A stretch of DNA of 63,865 nt, the filler included, from Octopus bimaculoides (taxonomy: Eukaryota), in NCBI RefSeq assembly GCF_001194135.2. It is 6 parts of 5 records of this genome, joined end to end, with 100 filler letters (N's around TTAATTAATTAA, not from the genome) between each part and the next. Parts side by side here need not be neighbours in the genome. Positions count along the whole stretch, not along the records: positions 49,719 to 53,291 come from NC_069006.1; positions 53,392 to 63,865 come from NC_069005.1; 4 more parts are not named here. One strand, written 5' to 3'. The notes below the pieces were generated by a model, which was given only the letters and a program-made list of their open reading frames with translations, had not been told where the DNA came from and made no database searches. Shown here piece by piece: positions 53,267-63,865 of this stretch. The position numbers and the translations under genes were made by a program. Each line of letters opens with the position of its first letter. Position 1 is the stretch's first letter.

Positions 53267-53859
53267 AGTCATGGGGTCGATTTGTCTGACTNNNNNNNNN
53301 NNNNNNNNNNNNNNNNNNNNNNNNNNNNNNNNNNNTTAATTAATTAANNNNNNNNNNNNNNNNNNNNNNNNNNNNNNNNNNNNNNNNNNNNTTATATATA
53401 TATATATATAAATATATACACATATATATATATTTATTTATTTATTTACACATACACACATACACACACATATATATGTATGTATGTATGTATGTAATAT
53501 GGATGTGTGTGAATGTATACGTAAGTAGTATGCGTGATGTATATACAAAAAATATATTCATACTACACATATTAAAAGTATACGCGATAATAAATACGTG
53601 TGTGTGTGTGTGTGTGTGTCTGTATAGGTAGGTTGGTAGGTAGGTTGGTAGGTAGGTAGGTAGGTAGGTAAATTACTATATTTATTCATTTCTTATGTAC
53701 AGTGAAGCAATTTCACGTCCACACAAATACACATAGAATGTACGTTTGAATGACAAGTATGCTACATGTATATATATATATAGAATTACATGTGTACACA
53801 GACACGTAGACATACATACATGCATATTATACAAACTTACACTTAGATATATGCATATT

Positions 53860-53913
<54 letters not shown>

Positions 53914-54203
53914 GATATGCGTATATGCTTAGATATACACATATATAAACACATATATGCGTATAAGCTTAGATATACACATATGTATATACATATATAT
54001 ATATATCATATATATATTTCTATATATATATATATATATATTTGCTTGTATATACATACGTTTACATCATGAATATATATGGTATGTATATGTCTATATA
54101 TGTATTTCACACATACACACAAACACACACACATATATATATATAGGTATATATATGAATATATATCTGCGTGTGTGTGTATTTGCTTATGTATATATAT
54201 TTA

Positions 54204-54242
<39 letters not shown>

Positions 54243-55231
54243 NNNNNNNNNNNNNNNNNNNNNNNNNNNNNNNNNNNNNNNNNNNNNNNNNNNNNNNNNN
54301 NNNNNNNNNNNNNNNNNNNNNNNNNNNNNNNNNNNNNNNNNNNNNNNNNNNNNNNNNNNNNNNNNNNNNNNNNNNNNNNNNNNNNNNNNNNNNNNNNNNN
54401 NNNNNNNNNNNNNNNNNNNNNNNNNNNNNNNNNNNNNNNNNNNNNNNNNNNNNNNNNNNNNNNNNNNNNNNNNNNNNNNNNNNNNNNNNNNNNNNNNNNN
54501 NNNNNNNNNNNNNNNNNNNNNNNNNNNNNNNNNNNNNNNNNNNNNNNNNNNNNNNNNNNNNNNNNNNNNNNNNNNNNNNNNNNNNNNNNNNNNNNNNNNN
54601 NNNNNNNNNNNNNNNNNNNNNNNNNNNNNNNNNNNNNNNNNNNNNNNNNNNNNNNNNNNNNNNNNNNNNNNNNNNNNNNNNNNNNNNNNNNNNNNNNNNN
54701 NNNNNNNNNNNNNNNNNNNNNNNNNNNNNNNNNNNNNNNNNNNNNNNNNNNNNNNNNNNNNNNNNNNNNNNNNNNNNNNNNNNNNNNNNNNNNNNNNNNN
54801 NNNNNNNNNNNNNNNNNNNNNNNNNNNNNNNNNNNNNNNNNNNNNNNNNNNNNNNNNNNNNNNNNNNNNNNNNNNNNNNNNNNNNNNNNNNNNNNNNNNN
54901 NNNNNNNNNNNNNNNNNNNNNNNNNNNNNNNNNNNNNNNNNNNNNNNNNNNNNNNNNNNNNNNNNNNNNNNNNNNNNNNNNNNNNNNNNNNNNNNNNNNN
55001 NNNNNNNNNNNNNNNNNNNNNNNNNNNNNNNNNNNNNNNNNNNNNNNNNNNNNNNNNNNNNNNNNNNNNNNNNNNNNNNNNNNNNNNNNNNNNNNNNNNN
55101 NNNNNNNNNNNNNNNNNNNNNNNNNNNNNNNNNNNNNNNNNNNNNNNNNNNNNNNNNNNNNNNNNNNNNNNNNNNNNNNNNNNNNNNNNNNNNNNNNNNN
55201 NNNNNNNNNNNNNNNNNNNNNNNNNNNNNNN

Positions 55232-55497
55232 TAGGCACAGGAGTGGTTGTGAGGTAAGTACCTTGCTTACCATCCAACGTTTTGAGTTCAAATTCTGCCG
55301 ATGTCGATTTTGCCTTTCATCTTTTCGGGGTCGATTAGATCGACCTCAGTACGTAACTGGTATTTAATTTGTCGACCCCGAAAGGTTGAAAGGTAAAGTC
55401 GACCTCAGTGAAATCTGAACTCAGAACGTAAAGACAGACGAAATACCGCTAAGCATTTCGCCCTGCGTGCTAACGTTTCTGCCAGCTCGCCGCCTTG
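55232..55497. mobile_element. SINE composite: family A head, family B (+) fragment and family B (-) copy forming an inverted pair
   Basis: Arms at 55277-55334 and 55372-55429 are reverse complements. Confidence 0.85.
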
Positions 55498-55569
55498 CTA
55501 ATTGAGAGCATCACACTTGGAACCTCAAGAATTTCAACTATCACATATGTCTTCTGTGATCGTTCTCTA

Positions 55570-56160
55570 AATTATAATCAAGCCATATGAAGTACTGAGT
55601 TGTCTGAAGATACCTTGTATATCAAAGACTATAACGATAGACTCTGCAATAAAAATAGACGTTGAGCAAAAAATATTATCTGGTATACTCTGCCTCATAA
55701 TATGGCGGTTGCTCTAGGTCACCAAGACATGCTTTCAACTTTTTAGCCAACACTTCATCAAGAACATGAATATCATAAAAAAAAATTGAACACCATAACA
55801 GTTACGTGACTATATTCGATTGTAACATGTTATTTAATATAGAAATAATTGATCGAACGATAGAACAATGAGACCCATAAATTCGTGTGTATTTTCACTG
55901 ATAGTAGAGAATGAACTCAAATTGCATTAAAAAACAAAGCATTTTATACAGGAAAATGTTAGGAATAAATTATCTAATAAAACATGATTGGTTCCTGTTG
56001 CAAATGAATTTATGCCCAAAGTCAACATTTATATTCGCACAGAAAACCGTTAAAGAAGAAAGAAACAGCTTTATCAAGATATTTCTGGCATTTGAAAGCA
56101 ACTGGCATATGATATAACATACCCGGAAAGATCTTGATTAAGGATGTACTGCATGAATGC
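55570..56160 (+). mobile_element. Degraded Penelope-like ORF fragments
   Basis: KNRR*AKNIIWYTLP resembles RKRNIIWFNPP; ETALSRYFWHLKATGI*YNI resembles the GIY-YIG STELSKYIWxLK motif. Confidence 0.45.
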
Positions 56161-56409
56161 AATGTAATTTATAGCGCCTCAGTAGAAACAAAATTGAAAA
56201 AACGATGGCATGTTGCCATAAAAATATATCATTGATATATGAAAGATGAACTGTTTTCGGTCCCAGTGGAGATGATCTCACTAACACGTTGTGGATAACA
56301 TTACAAATACATTAACACCAGTGTCTGCAACAGCCCCTTCTCTTACACTTTATTCCGTCTGAAAGTTAATATAATTTAATAGTATCTCTACCAATATTAA
56401 ATTAACCAT

Positions 56410-56600
56410 TAAAGTGGTGAGCTGGCAGAATCGTTAGCATGCCGGACGAAATGCTTAACGGCATTTCACATTCTGGGTTCAAATTCCTCCGAGGTCGACT
56501 TTGCCTTTCATCCTTTCAGGGTCGTTAAAATACTACCAGTTATGTACTGGGATCGATGTAAACGACTTGCCCCTAAGTGTCATGCCTCGTGCCTTTAGTA
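56410..56600 (+). mobile_element. SINE family B
   Basis: ggtgagctggcagaatcgttagc...gcctttcatcctttcaggggtcg. Confidence 0.85.
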
Positions 56601-56603
56601 TAA

Positions 56604-56636
<33 letters not shown>

Positions 56637-56685
56637 GTTGTTGTTGTTGTTGTTGTTGCTATTATTATTATTATTATTATTCTTA

Positions 56686-57222
56686 CTGAGGGAGAGAGCA
56701 GTCCATGCCATCAAAGTGACACTGGGGAACAAATATAAGAAGCCCAATATACCCATCATGTCTAGTAGTCTGCCAAGAGTACACCAGACACGTGTGTCAC
56801 AACCACATGTGCACAACAGCGCATGACCATGCAGGTTGGGGCCCAGTTAGAATTTTCTTCAGGTCGAGTAGTCCAGCCGGCTGAAAAGGCCTCAAAAGAA
56901 GGCTTGTTTAAGGAATGTTGAGCAAAACACCCATGTTTCCAAAGGTGAATTATTCACACCCTAAAGAATTCCTCTCAACATATGGCTATGATGCTCCCCC
57001 ACTACTTCTGCTCATGATCAGAGATGCACATATCGTCAACCACTAAGGGACATGCTCAACTGGTTAAGGTCAAACAACTGATAAGCAAATCTGTGGTCTT
57101 GAGCAGAATATTTGCTATAGACCATCTTTTATACCAAGACAAAACAATGTACATGATAACACTTCCAATCAATTAAGATCAGAAGCTTTGAAAGCCTGTG
57201 CCTGGTACTGCATCAGGGCATT
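56686..57222 (-). mobile_element. About 540-bp element embedded in (AAT)n; probable 3' UTR or non-autonomous derivative of an AAT-associated LINE
   Basis: Complex sequence flanked on both sides by ATT-type tracts; the minus-strand end ctctctccctcagtaagAATAAT looks like a tail. The LINE link is inferred. Confidence 0.55.
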
Positions 57223-57251
57223 TATCATCCTCATCATCATCATCATCATCA

Positions 57252-57309
<58 letters not shown>

Positions 57310-57341
57310 CATTATTATTATTATTATCATTATTATTATTA

Positions 57342-57396
<55 letters not shown>

Positions 57397-57431
57397 CATT
57401 ATTATTATTATCATTATTATTATTATCATCA

Positions 57432-57507
<76 letters not shown>

Positions 57508-57539
57508 CTTTATTATTATTATTATCATTATTATTATTA

Positions 57540-57585
<46 letters not shown>

Positions 57586-57700
57586 CATTATTATTATTAT
57601 TATTATTATTATTAGTATTATCATCATCATTGTTGAGTGATGTTGTTGTTGTTATTGCTATTAATATTATAGTTATTATTATCATTATTATTGTTGTTGT
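57223..57700. repeat. Long (ATT)n/(ATC)n microsatellite
   Basis: Directly visible; source of the poly-Ile/Leu/Asn ORFs. Confidence 0.95.
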
Positions 57701-58858
57701 TGTTATATCTATTAATAGTGCCATAATAATGAATATTAAATCCATTAATGACGTTGATGATAGAGATAATACAGTCTTCCTTAAGACCCCAACCGGTTTT
57801 TGAAGAACACTTACTCGCTTCGTTATTATAATCAATAATATCTGATATACTATTATGCGTCTCTTAATTTCTGTTTCTAATTACTCTTCTCATTAAGTGT
57901 TGATACACCATCACCACCACCACCGCCACCACCACCAAATCCACGACCACCATTAAAGCCACCACCAGCAAAGACATCACCGCCAAAGTCACCACCACCA
58001 TCAAAGCCAACACCATTAAAGCCGACACCACCACCACCACCAACAATAACAACAACAAAGCCACCACCACCAAAGTCACAACCACCACGAATGCCACCAC
58101 CACCACCAACAAAGCCACCACTACCAAGGCCACCACTAACGACAACAACAAAGCCACCACCACTACCACCNNNNNNNNNNNNNNNNNNNNNNNNNNNNNN
58201 NNNNNNNNNNNNNNNNNNNNNNNNNNNNNNNNNNNNNNNNNNNNNNNNNNNNNNNNNNNNNNNNNNNNNNNNNNNNNNNNNNNNNNNNNNNNNNNNNNNN
58301 NNNNNNNNNNNNNNNNNNNNNNNNNNNNNNNNNNNNNNNNNNNNNNNNNNNNNNNNNNNNNNNNNNNNNNNNNNNNNNNNNNNNNNNNNNNNNNNNNNNN
58401 NNNNNNNNNNNNNNNNNNNNNNNNNNNNNNNNNNNNNNNNNNNNNNNNNNNNNNNNNNNNNNNNNNNNNNNNNNNNNNNNNNNNNNNNNNNNNNNNNNNN
58501 NNNNNNNNNNNNNNNNNNNNNNNNNNNNNNNNNNNNNNNNNNNNNNNNNNNNNNNNNNNNNNNNNNNNNNNNNNNNNNNNNNNNNNNNNNNNNNNNNNNN
58601 NNNNNNNNNNNNNNNNNNNNNNNNNNNNNNNNNNNNNNNNNNNNNNNNNNNNNNNNNNNNNNNNNNNNNNNNNNNNNNNNNNNNNNNNNNNNNNNNNNNN
58701 NNNNNNNNNNNNNNNNNNNNNNNNNNNNNNNNNNNNNNNNNNNNNNNNNNNNNNNNNNNNNNNNNNNNNNNNNNNNNNNNNNNNNNNNNNNNNNNNNNNN
58801 NNNNNNNNNNNNNNNNNNNNNNNNNNNNNNNNNNNNNNNNNNNNNNNNNNNNNNNNNN

Positions 58859-58911
<53 letters not shown>

Positions 58912-58914
58912 TGG

Positions 58915-59478
58915 TAGTCCATTGCTGTCCCGCTATGACAAAGTCTGTGGTCTCAGCGATAAAAGTGTAAGGGACTCCGCAGTCCAAAGAGATGTGTGTT
59001 CCACTTGGCCATGCTATTTTGGAAGAATTTGGAGACGACAGGAGAGATCTTGTATATTTCAAGGCCCTTAACATTCCATTTATGTGGGACACTATCAAAC
59101 GCGTTCCTGTAATCTATCCATGCCACAATCGGGTTTTTGTTTTCGCCCCGGCAGTTCTCTACATGCATTTTAATAATGAGTAATTAGTCATTGTATCCAT
59201 AACAATTTCTTTTACAACTTGTCTAAGCTTGTGGAAGGATAGAGTTTTGTTCGAGCAAAGAGCGAATATTCTTTCAGCTATTATGGATGTGAGGGTCTTG
59301 TAAGTGGTTTTGAGAGATGTTATTGGTCGGCAGTTCTTCGGGATGTTTCTCTGCCTTCAGTTTTTGGAACTAGCAATGTAGTTCCTTCAGTCAGCAACGC
59401 AGGTATTTGCTCTGAGTTCTAAAAGACATCAGTCTGAGATGCACCGATATTTCCTGTACTTTTGTCAAACAATTCAAA
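58915..59478 (-). mobile_element. R4/Dong-clade LINE reverse transcriptase fragment (pseudogenised)
   Basis: QIPALLTEGTTLLVPK...NCRPITSLKTTYKTLTSIIAER and ENCRGENKNPIVAWIDYRNAFDSVPHKW...KISPVVSKFFQNSMAKW match RT motifs (YRPI; AWIDYRKAFDSVPH). Confidence 0.9.
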
Positions 59479-59500
59479 CAATAATAATAATAATAATTTA

Positions 59501-59538
<38 letters not shown>

Positions 59539-59616
59539 CGTATGTTTCGTACCCTCACTCTTTCTTTTTTACGCTATCCTCTATTTCCCTGCCCCTTCAA
59601 CCTCTCCCTCTATCAT

Positions 59617-59650
<34 letters not shown>

Positions 59651-60159
59651 TCTAATTCTGTTTCTGTCTAGCTTTCTCCCCTGTATTTTCTTTTTTGTCT
59701 TTGTTGTTACTTATTTTGTTTCGTTTTTTTTTTTATCATTTTTGTTTGTCTATTTGTCTTCTTAAACCCCAAAGCTTAATCTCAACGAAAAAAAAAGCCA
59801 ACCATATATCAAACATGCACTTCAGTAACAACAACAAGACGAACTAAACAATTGTATTAGTGAACAAGGACTGATAACTGTTTTTGAAAGAACATAAATG
59901 CAAGAATTTGTTTTCGAAAAAGATCAGATATGCCTTGCAGGATCTTCGGAAAAATAATATGATATTTGGTAGAATTTGCTGTTTCTTTCTCCCTTTGCGT
60001 GTGTATTTTACTGTTGTTCTGTTTTTTTTTATACTCTTATATATTTGTAAATATTTATTTAAAAATTACTAAAATTGTGTTTTTCCCTTCTTGTTGTGTT
60101 CAACTATTGAAATAAGTATTACGTGGGTGGGTGTTTGTGGATGTATATGTGTGTTTGCG

Positions 60160-60194
<35 letters not shown>

Positions 60195-60341
60195 GCATGG
60201 CGTGCGCGCACGCGTGTGTGTTTCTGCTTGTGTGTGCGTGTGCATATGCGTGTGTGTGTGTTGTGTCTGTAGATAGACAGACAGACACATATCCATATTA
60301 GTTCACATCAAGAAAATTACACACCAAATACAATAGCAATA

Positions 60342-60401
<60 letters not shown>

Positions 60402-60554
60402 CAAACAGACAGACAAATGGATANNNNNNNNNNTGGATTGATGGATGGATGGATACATGGGTGGATAGAGAGATAGATAGATAAATTGACTACCTGACAG
60501 ACAGACGGATGGATGGATAGATTGATTGATTGATAGACAGACAGACAGGCAGAG

Positions 60555-60615
<61 letters not shown>

Positions 60616-61754
60616 CATTCAATTATTCGATACTTTCCACCTTCCATACTATTCTATGTGAATTTTGCATTTCCTCTTTACACAACGACTGGAATTCTAT
60701 TTAAAACAAGAAGCTTCAAGATATTTCGAAGCCGTTGTTCGAGAAGGTTTAACTTGTTAAATGTGTTGTTTATAGTTTTTATGTTTGGAGCAATGCGGCG
60801 GTTTACATAGCGATGATGGGCTATCATCTAGATAAATTTATTATATATTTTATAGAAACCTTTGGAGAAGTAAATTTAGATTTTAAATTCAGAACTGAGA
60901 TAAAATTTTGCAAACATTCTAATTGTTAAACTAAATCTAAAAACCGGTAAACATCATCTGTATTGAAGCCGAACAAAAATCGTGCTACATGTAAAAACAT
61001 ACTAATCGTCACCTTAAAGCTATAAAAAGCCAACTCTGAAACATTAGCCGACGTTTTACACACATATCCTCCGATAAAACATCATTCAATTGTGCGGCAT
61101 ATAACAATAATGATGCGCTAAAAACGAAGGGGGTTGAATTAGAAAAAATAACGTTGAATTCCAAACAACTGGAAAAACACCAGTAAAAATATGAAAAGAA
61201 GAAAAAATTCACTCACGTCTTCTCTTTATGTAGCATCATTTTATAGCCATAAAAGCCTTTAACATTACTACACAAACACTCAGCGAAATGCCATAAATAG
61301 CGAAAATTATTGTAGTGAAAACATGGCATAAATTACAGCTGCACTGGTGTATCGTACCAAGTTGTGTTCATTAGAAAAAAAAAAGGAAGAGAATTTCATT
61401 GCCCTGGGTGGAGACACATTCAAGAACAAATGCACTCAGCATAGCCACTCCTGCAGATAGAGAGGCAATTGAAATATTACTTCACTAATCCAATACATTG
61501 TTGTGTACGGAAAATAATTAATCTAATACGCCAACATACAGTGCTCAGTTGTGCATGCGGTTCAGACTGATGCATACTGTGCCTAGCCGAAAACTACAAC
61601 ATATTTTCACAACCGATCGCGATGATGGCCACGAAATACGCATCTTCAGATGCATGGCCAGTTGAAGAGCGAAGAACTAAAAGTATAGCACACGCCCACA
61701 CACAAATGCGGACGCACACGCACACACACACACACACACACACANNNNNNNNNN

Positions 61755-61796
<42 letters not shown>

Positions 61797-61844
61797 TATA
61801 TATATGCATATATACATACATACACACACACACACACATATATG

Positions 61845-62008
61845 TATGCGACGGGTTTCTTTCGGTTTCCATGTGCCGAATTCTTCCACAAGTCTTTGGT
61901 CAGCCGGAGGATCTTGCAGACGCCTGGCCAAGGTACCCCACAATGCGACTAAACCCGCAGCTATATGGTTGAGAGGCAGAATTACCATGCAGCCACGCTT
62001 GCGCTTAT
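61845..62008 (-). mobile_element. SINE family A, old diverged 5' half
   Basis: cgacgggtttctttcggtttcc...gccaaggtaccccacaatgcgactaaacc is a degenerate reverse complement of family A. Confidence 0.7.
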
Positions 62009-62976
62009 ACATACGTACTTAATGTAGAAACGTGTGTGTTTTGTGTGCACATATATATCTATATAATATACATGTACACATATATACACATACATATGCA
62101 TACATATATATATATACACATACATATGAATACATATATATATACACATACATACATACATACGAAATTGTTACATAATAACCGCTCTCCATGCTCACAT
62201 TTCTTCTATTGCAATTTAATACTGCCTGCTTACAAAGATTACGAAGGAAGCAGAAACAAGCCTTGCCATTTAATCTTGGGAAAAAAAGAAAACGTTTTCT
62301 AAAAATAACGGAAAACCCTAGGAAATACACTGGAAATATGCAAAAAGGAGAAAAGATTAAAGCAAAATAAAACCCTTGGAAAAAAACACATAGCAAAAAA
62401 TACTATGGAAAAAATACAATTGAATGCAAGTAAGATTTATAACATGTAAAATTTTAATAGATGCACGTCAAAATGGCGATTAGCCAGCTGAAATTTGCGC
62501 TACAAATGTAAAACGATGTGAAGAATAGTGACGGTTTGTGCATGGCAGAAAAAATCAGATAAAATATACCCAGAAATAAGTAAGTAAAATTAAATCAGCA
62601 AGAATGTATGCTGTAAATATAAAACAAGAAAAAATGCTCCACTTGGCCGCCAAAGTAAATCTGTTTCTCTCTAAGTCCTCGTCATCCTCTTTCTTATTTC
62701 TGCAACACATACGTACATACATACGTGTATGTGTGTGTGTGTGTAAAGAAAAAGAGCAAAATTATTAGTGAAATCGTTAATACTTATTGGGTTTGACGTT
62801 TCTCGTTGAAAATAAATACTCGGTGACATGTCAACTGTAAGCAGAGAAGGAAAGACACACAAACGACTTACGTAATTTATTTATGGCGACATTAAGATGA
62901 ATATGCATTTATGTATGTATGTATTCATGTATGTATAAGCATATGTATAATATATACGTGTGTGTATATAAATACG

Positions 62977-63011
<35 letters not shown>

Positions 63012-63123
63012 GAACCTTGGACGAGCAAGGTGTCTTAGAAAGGTGCGACACTTTAAGTCGCACGGAGCCGAATAAAGCTNNNNNNNNNNAAGTCGCACGG
63101 AGCCGAATAAAGCTGTTTTAAAT

Positions 63124-63191
<68 letters not shown>

Positions 63192-63287
63192 AGAGAGGTA
63201 CAGATAGATAGATAGATACAGGTATGTATACATATGCAGTTATATGTGACTATATGTATGATATATGTATATATAAAGATTAGTAGG

Positions 63288-63356
<69 letters not shown>

Positions 63357-63590
63357 GAACAAATGTATGTACTTCTGCGAGTGTGGGTTTGTGTTTATGC
63401 ATATCTGTATGTATACATGTATATATATCTGTGTATTTACGTGTGGTGTATGTGTATGTGTGTGTATGCATATTTGTAAGTATGCGTACGAATATATGTT
63501 TATAATTATGTACATATGCCTCCTCCTCTCTCTTTTTCTCCTTCTCGCTCTCTTTCTTTCCCCCTCCCTCTCTCTCTCTCTCTCTCTCCC

Positions 63591-63624
<34 letters not shown>

Positions 63625-63865
63625 CAATTGTTTAGCTCCGTAGCGTCGTGAAGGTTTCAATGTCTCTTCGCAACTACAGAGGAACCTAAATGCGTAAAAG
63701 ATTGATAGTTCTTAAGTAAACGTGCTCGAGCAGAAGTAATGGATAGCTGTTCGTTCCATCTGATAGTATATTTCGAAAGCAATGTTTGCAGGCGACAAAT
63801 TATGTATTTCAATGCTACTTCTTGAGTCACAAGCATAATGACTACCTCATATCGATGATTTACAG

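Noticed and set aside
62460-62660. YY1-like CAAAATGGCG and CRE-like CACGTCA motifs
   Set aside because: Short motifs expected by chance, with no linked exon or CpG-rich promoter context.
63055-63114. 25-bp direct repeat aagtcgcacggagccgaataaagct flanking a 10-N gap
   Set aside because: Assembly overlap artefact, not a TSD or CRISPR repeat.

Overview
This is repeat-saturated, AT-rich animal DNA from a gapped draft assembly, with many N runs and artificial TTAATTAATTAA spacers. The tRNA-derived SINE families, retroelement relics and microsatellite load point to an octopus; this is an inference from the repeat content, not a database hit. Almost every ORF in the track is a microsatellite or N-run artefact. 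The one credible host coding sequence is a 3'-terminal exon at 52180-52442 (+). It encodes the C-terminal half of a Ly6/uPAR three-finger (quiver/sleepless-like) protein with a GPI-type tail; upstream exons were not securely found. The rest is a layered record of mobile elements: three SINE families, R4/Dong-type LINE relics tied to (AAT)n tracts, RTE and Penelope-like relics, a Tc1/mariner relic, a non-autonomous Helitron and several foldback/MITE elements. The most interesting signals are: (1) a hammerhead-ribozyme fold with a shared A6-to-U core change in two Penelope-type repeat copies; (2) a bounded CpG-decay domain around the Ly6 exon; (3) alternating R4/Dong pieces and (AAT)n tracts; (4) SINEs inserted into older copies of their own family; (5) an inverted repeat enclosing a copy of nearby flanking DNA. 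I found no securely supported novel multi-gene system. All alignments and translations were done by eye, so repeat boundaries are approximate.
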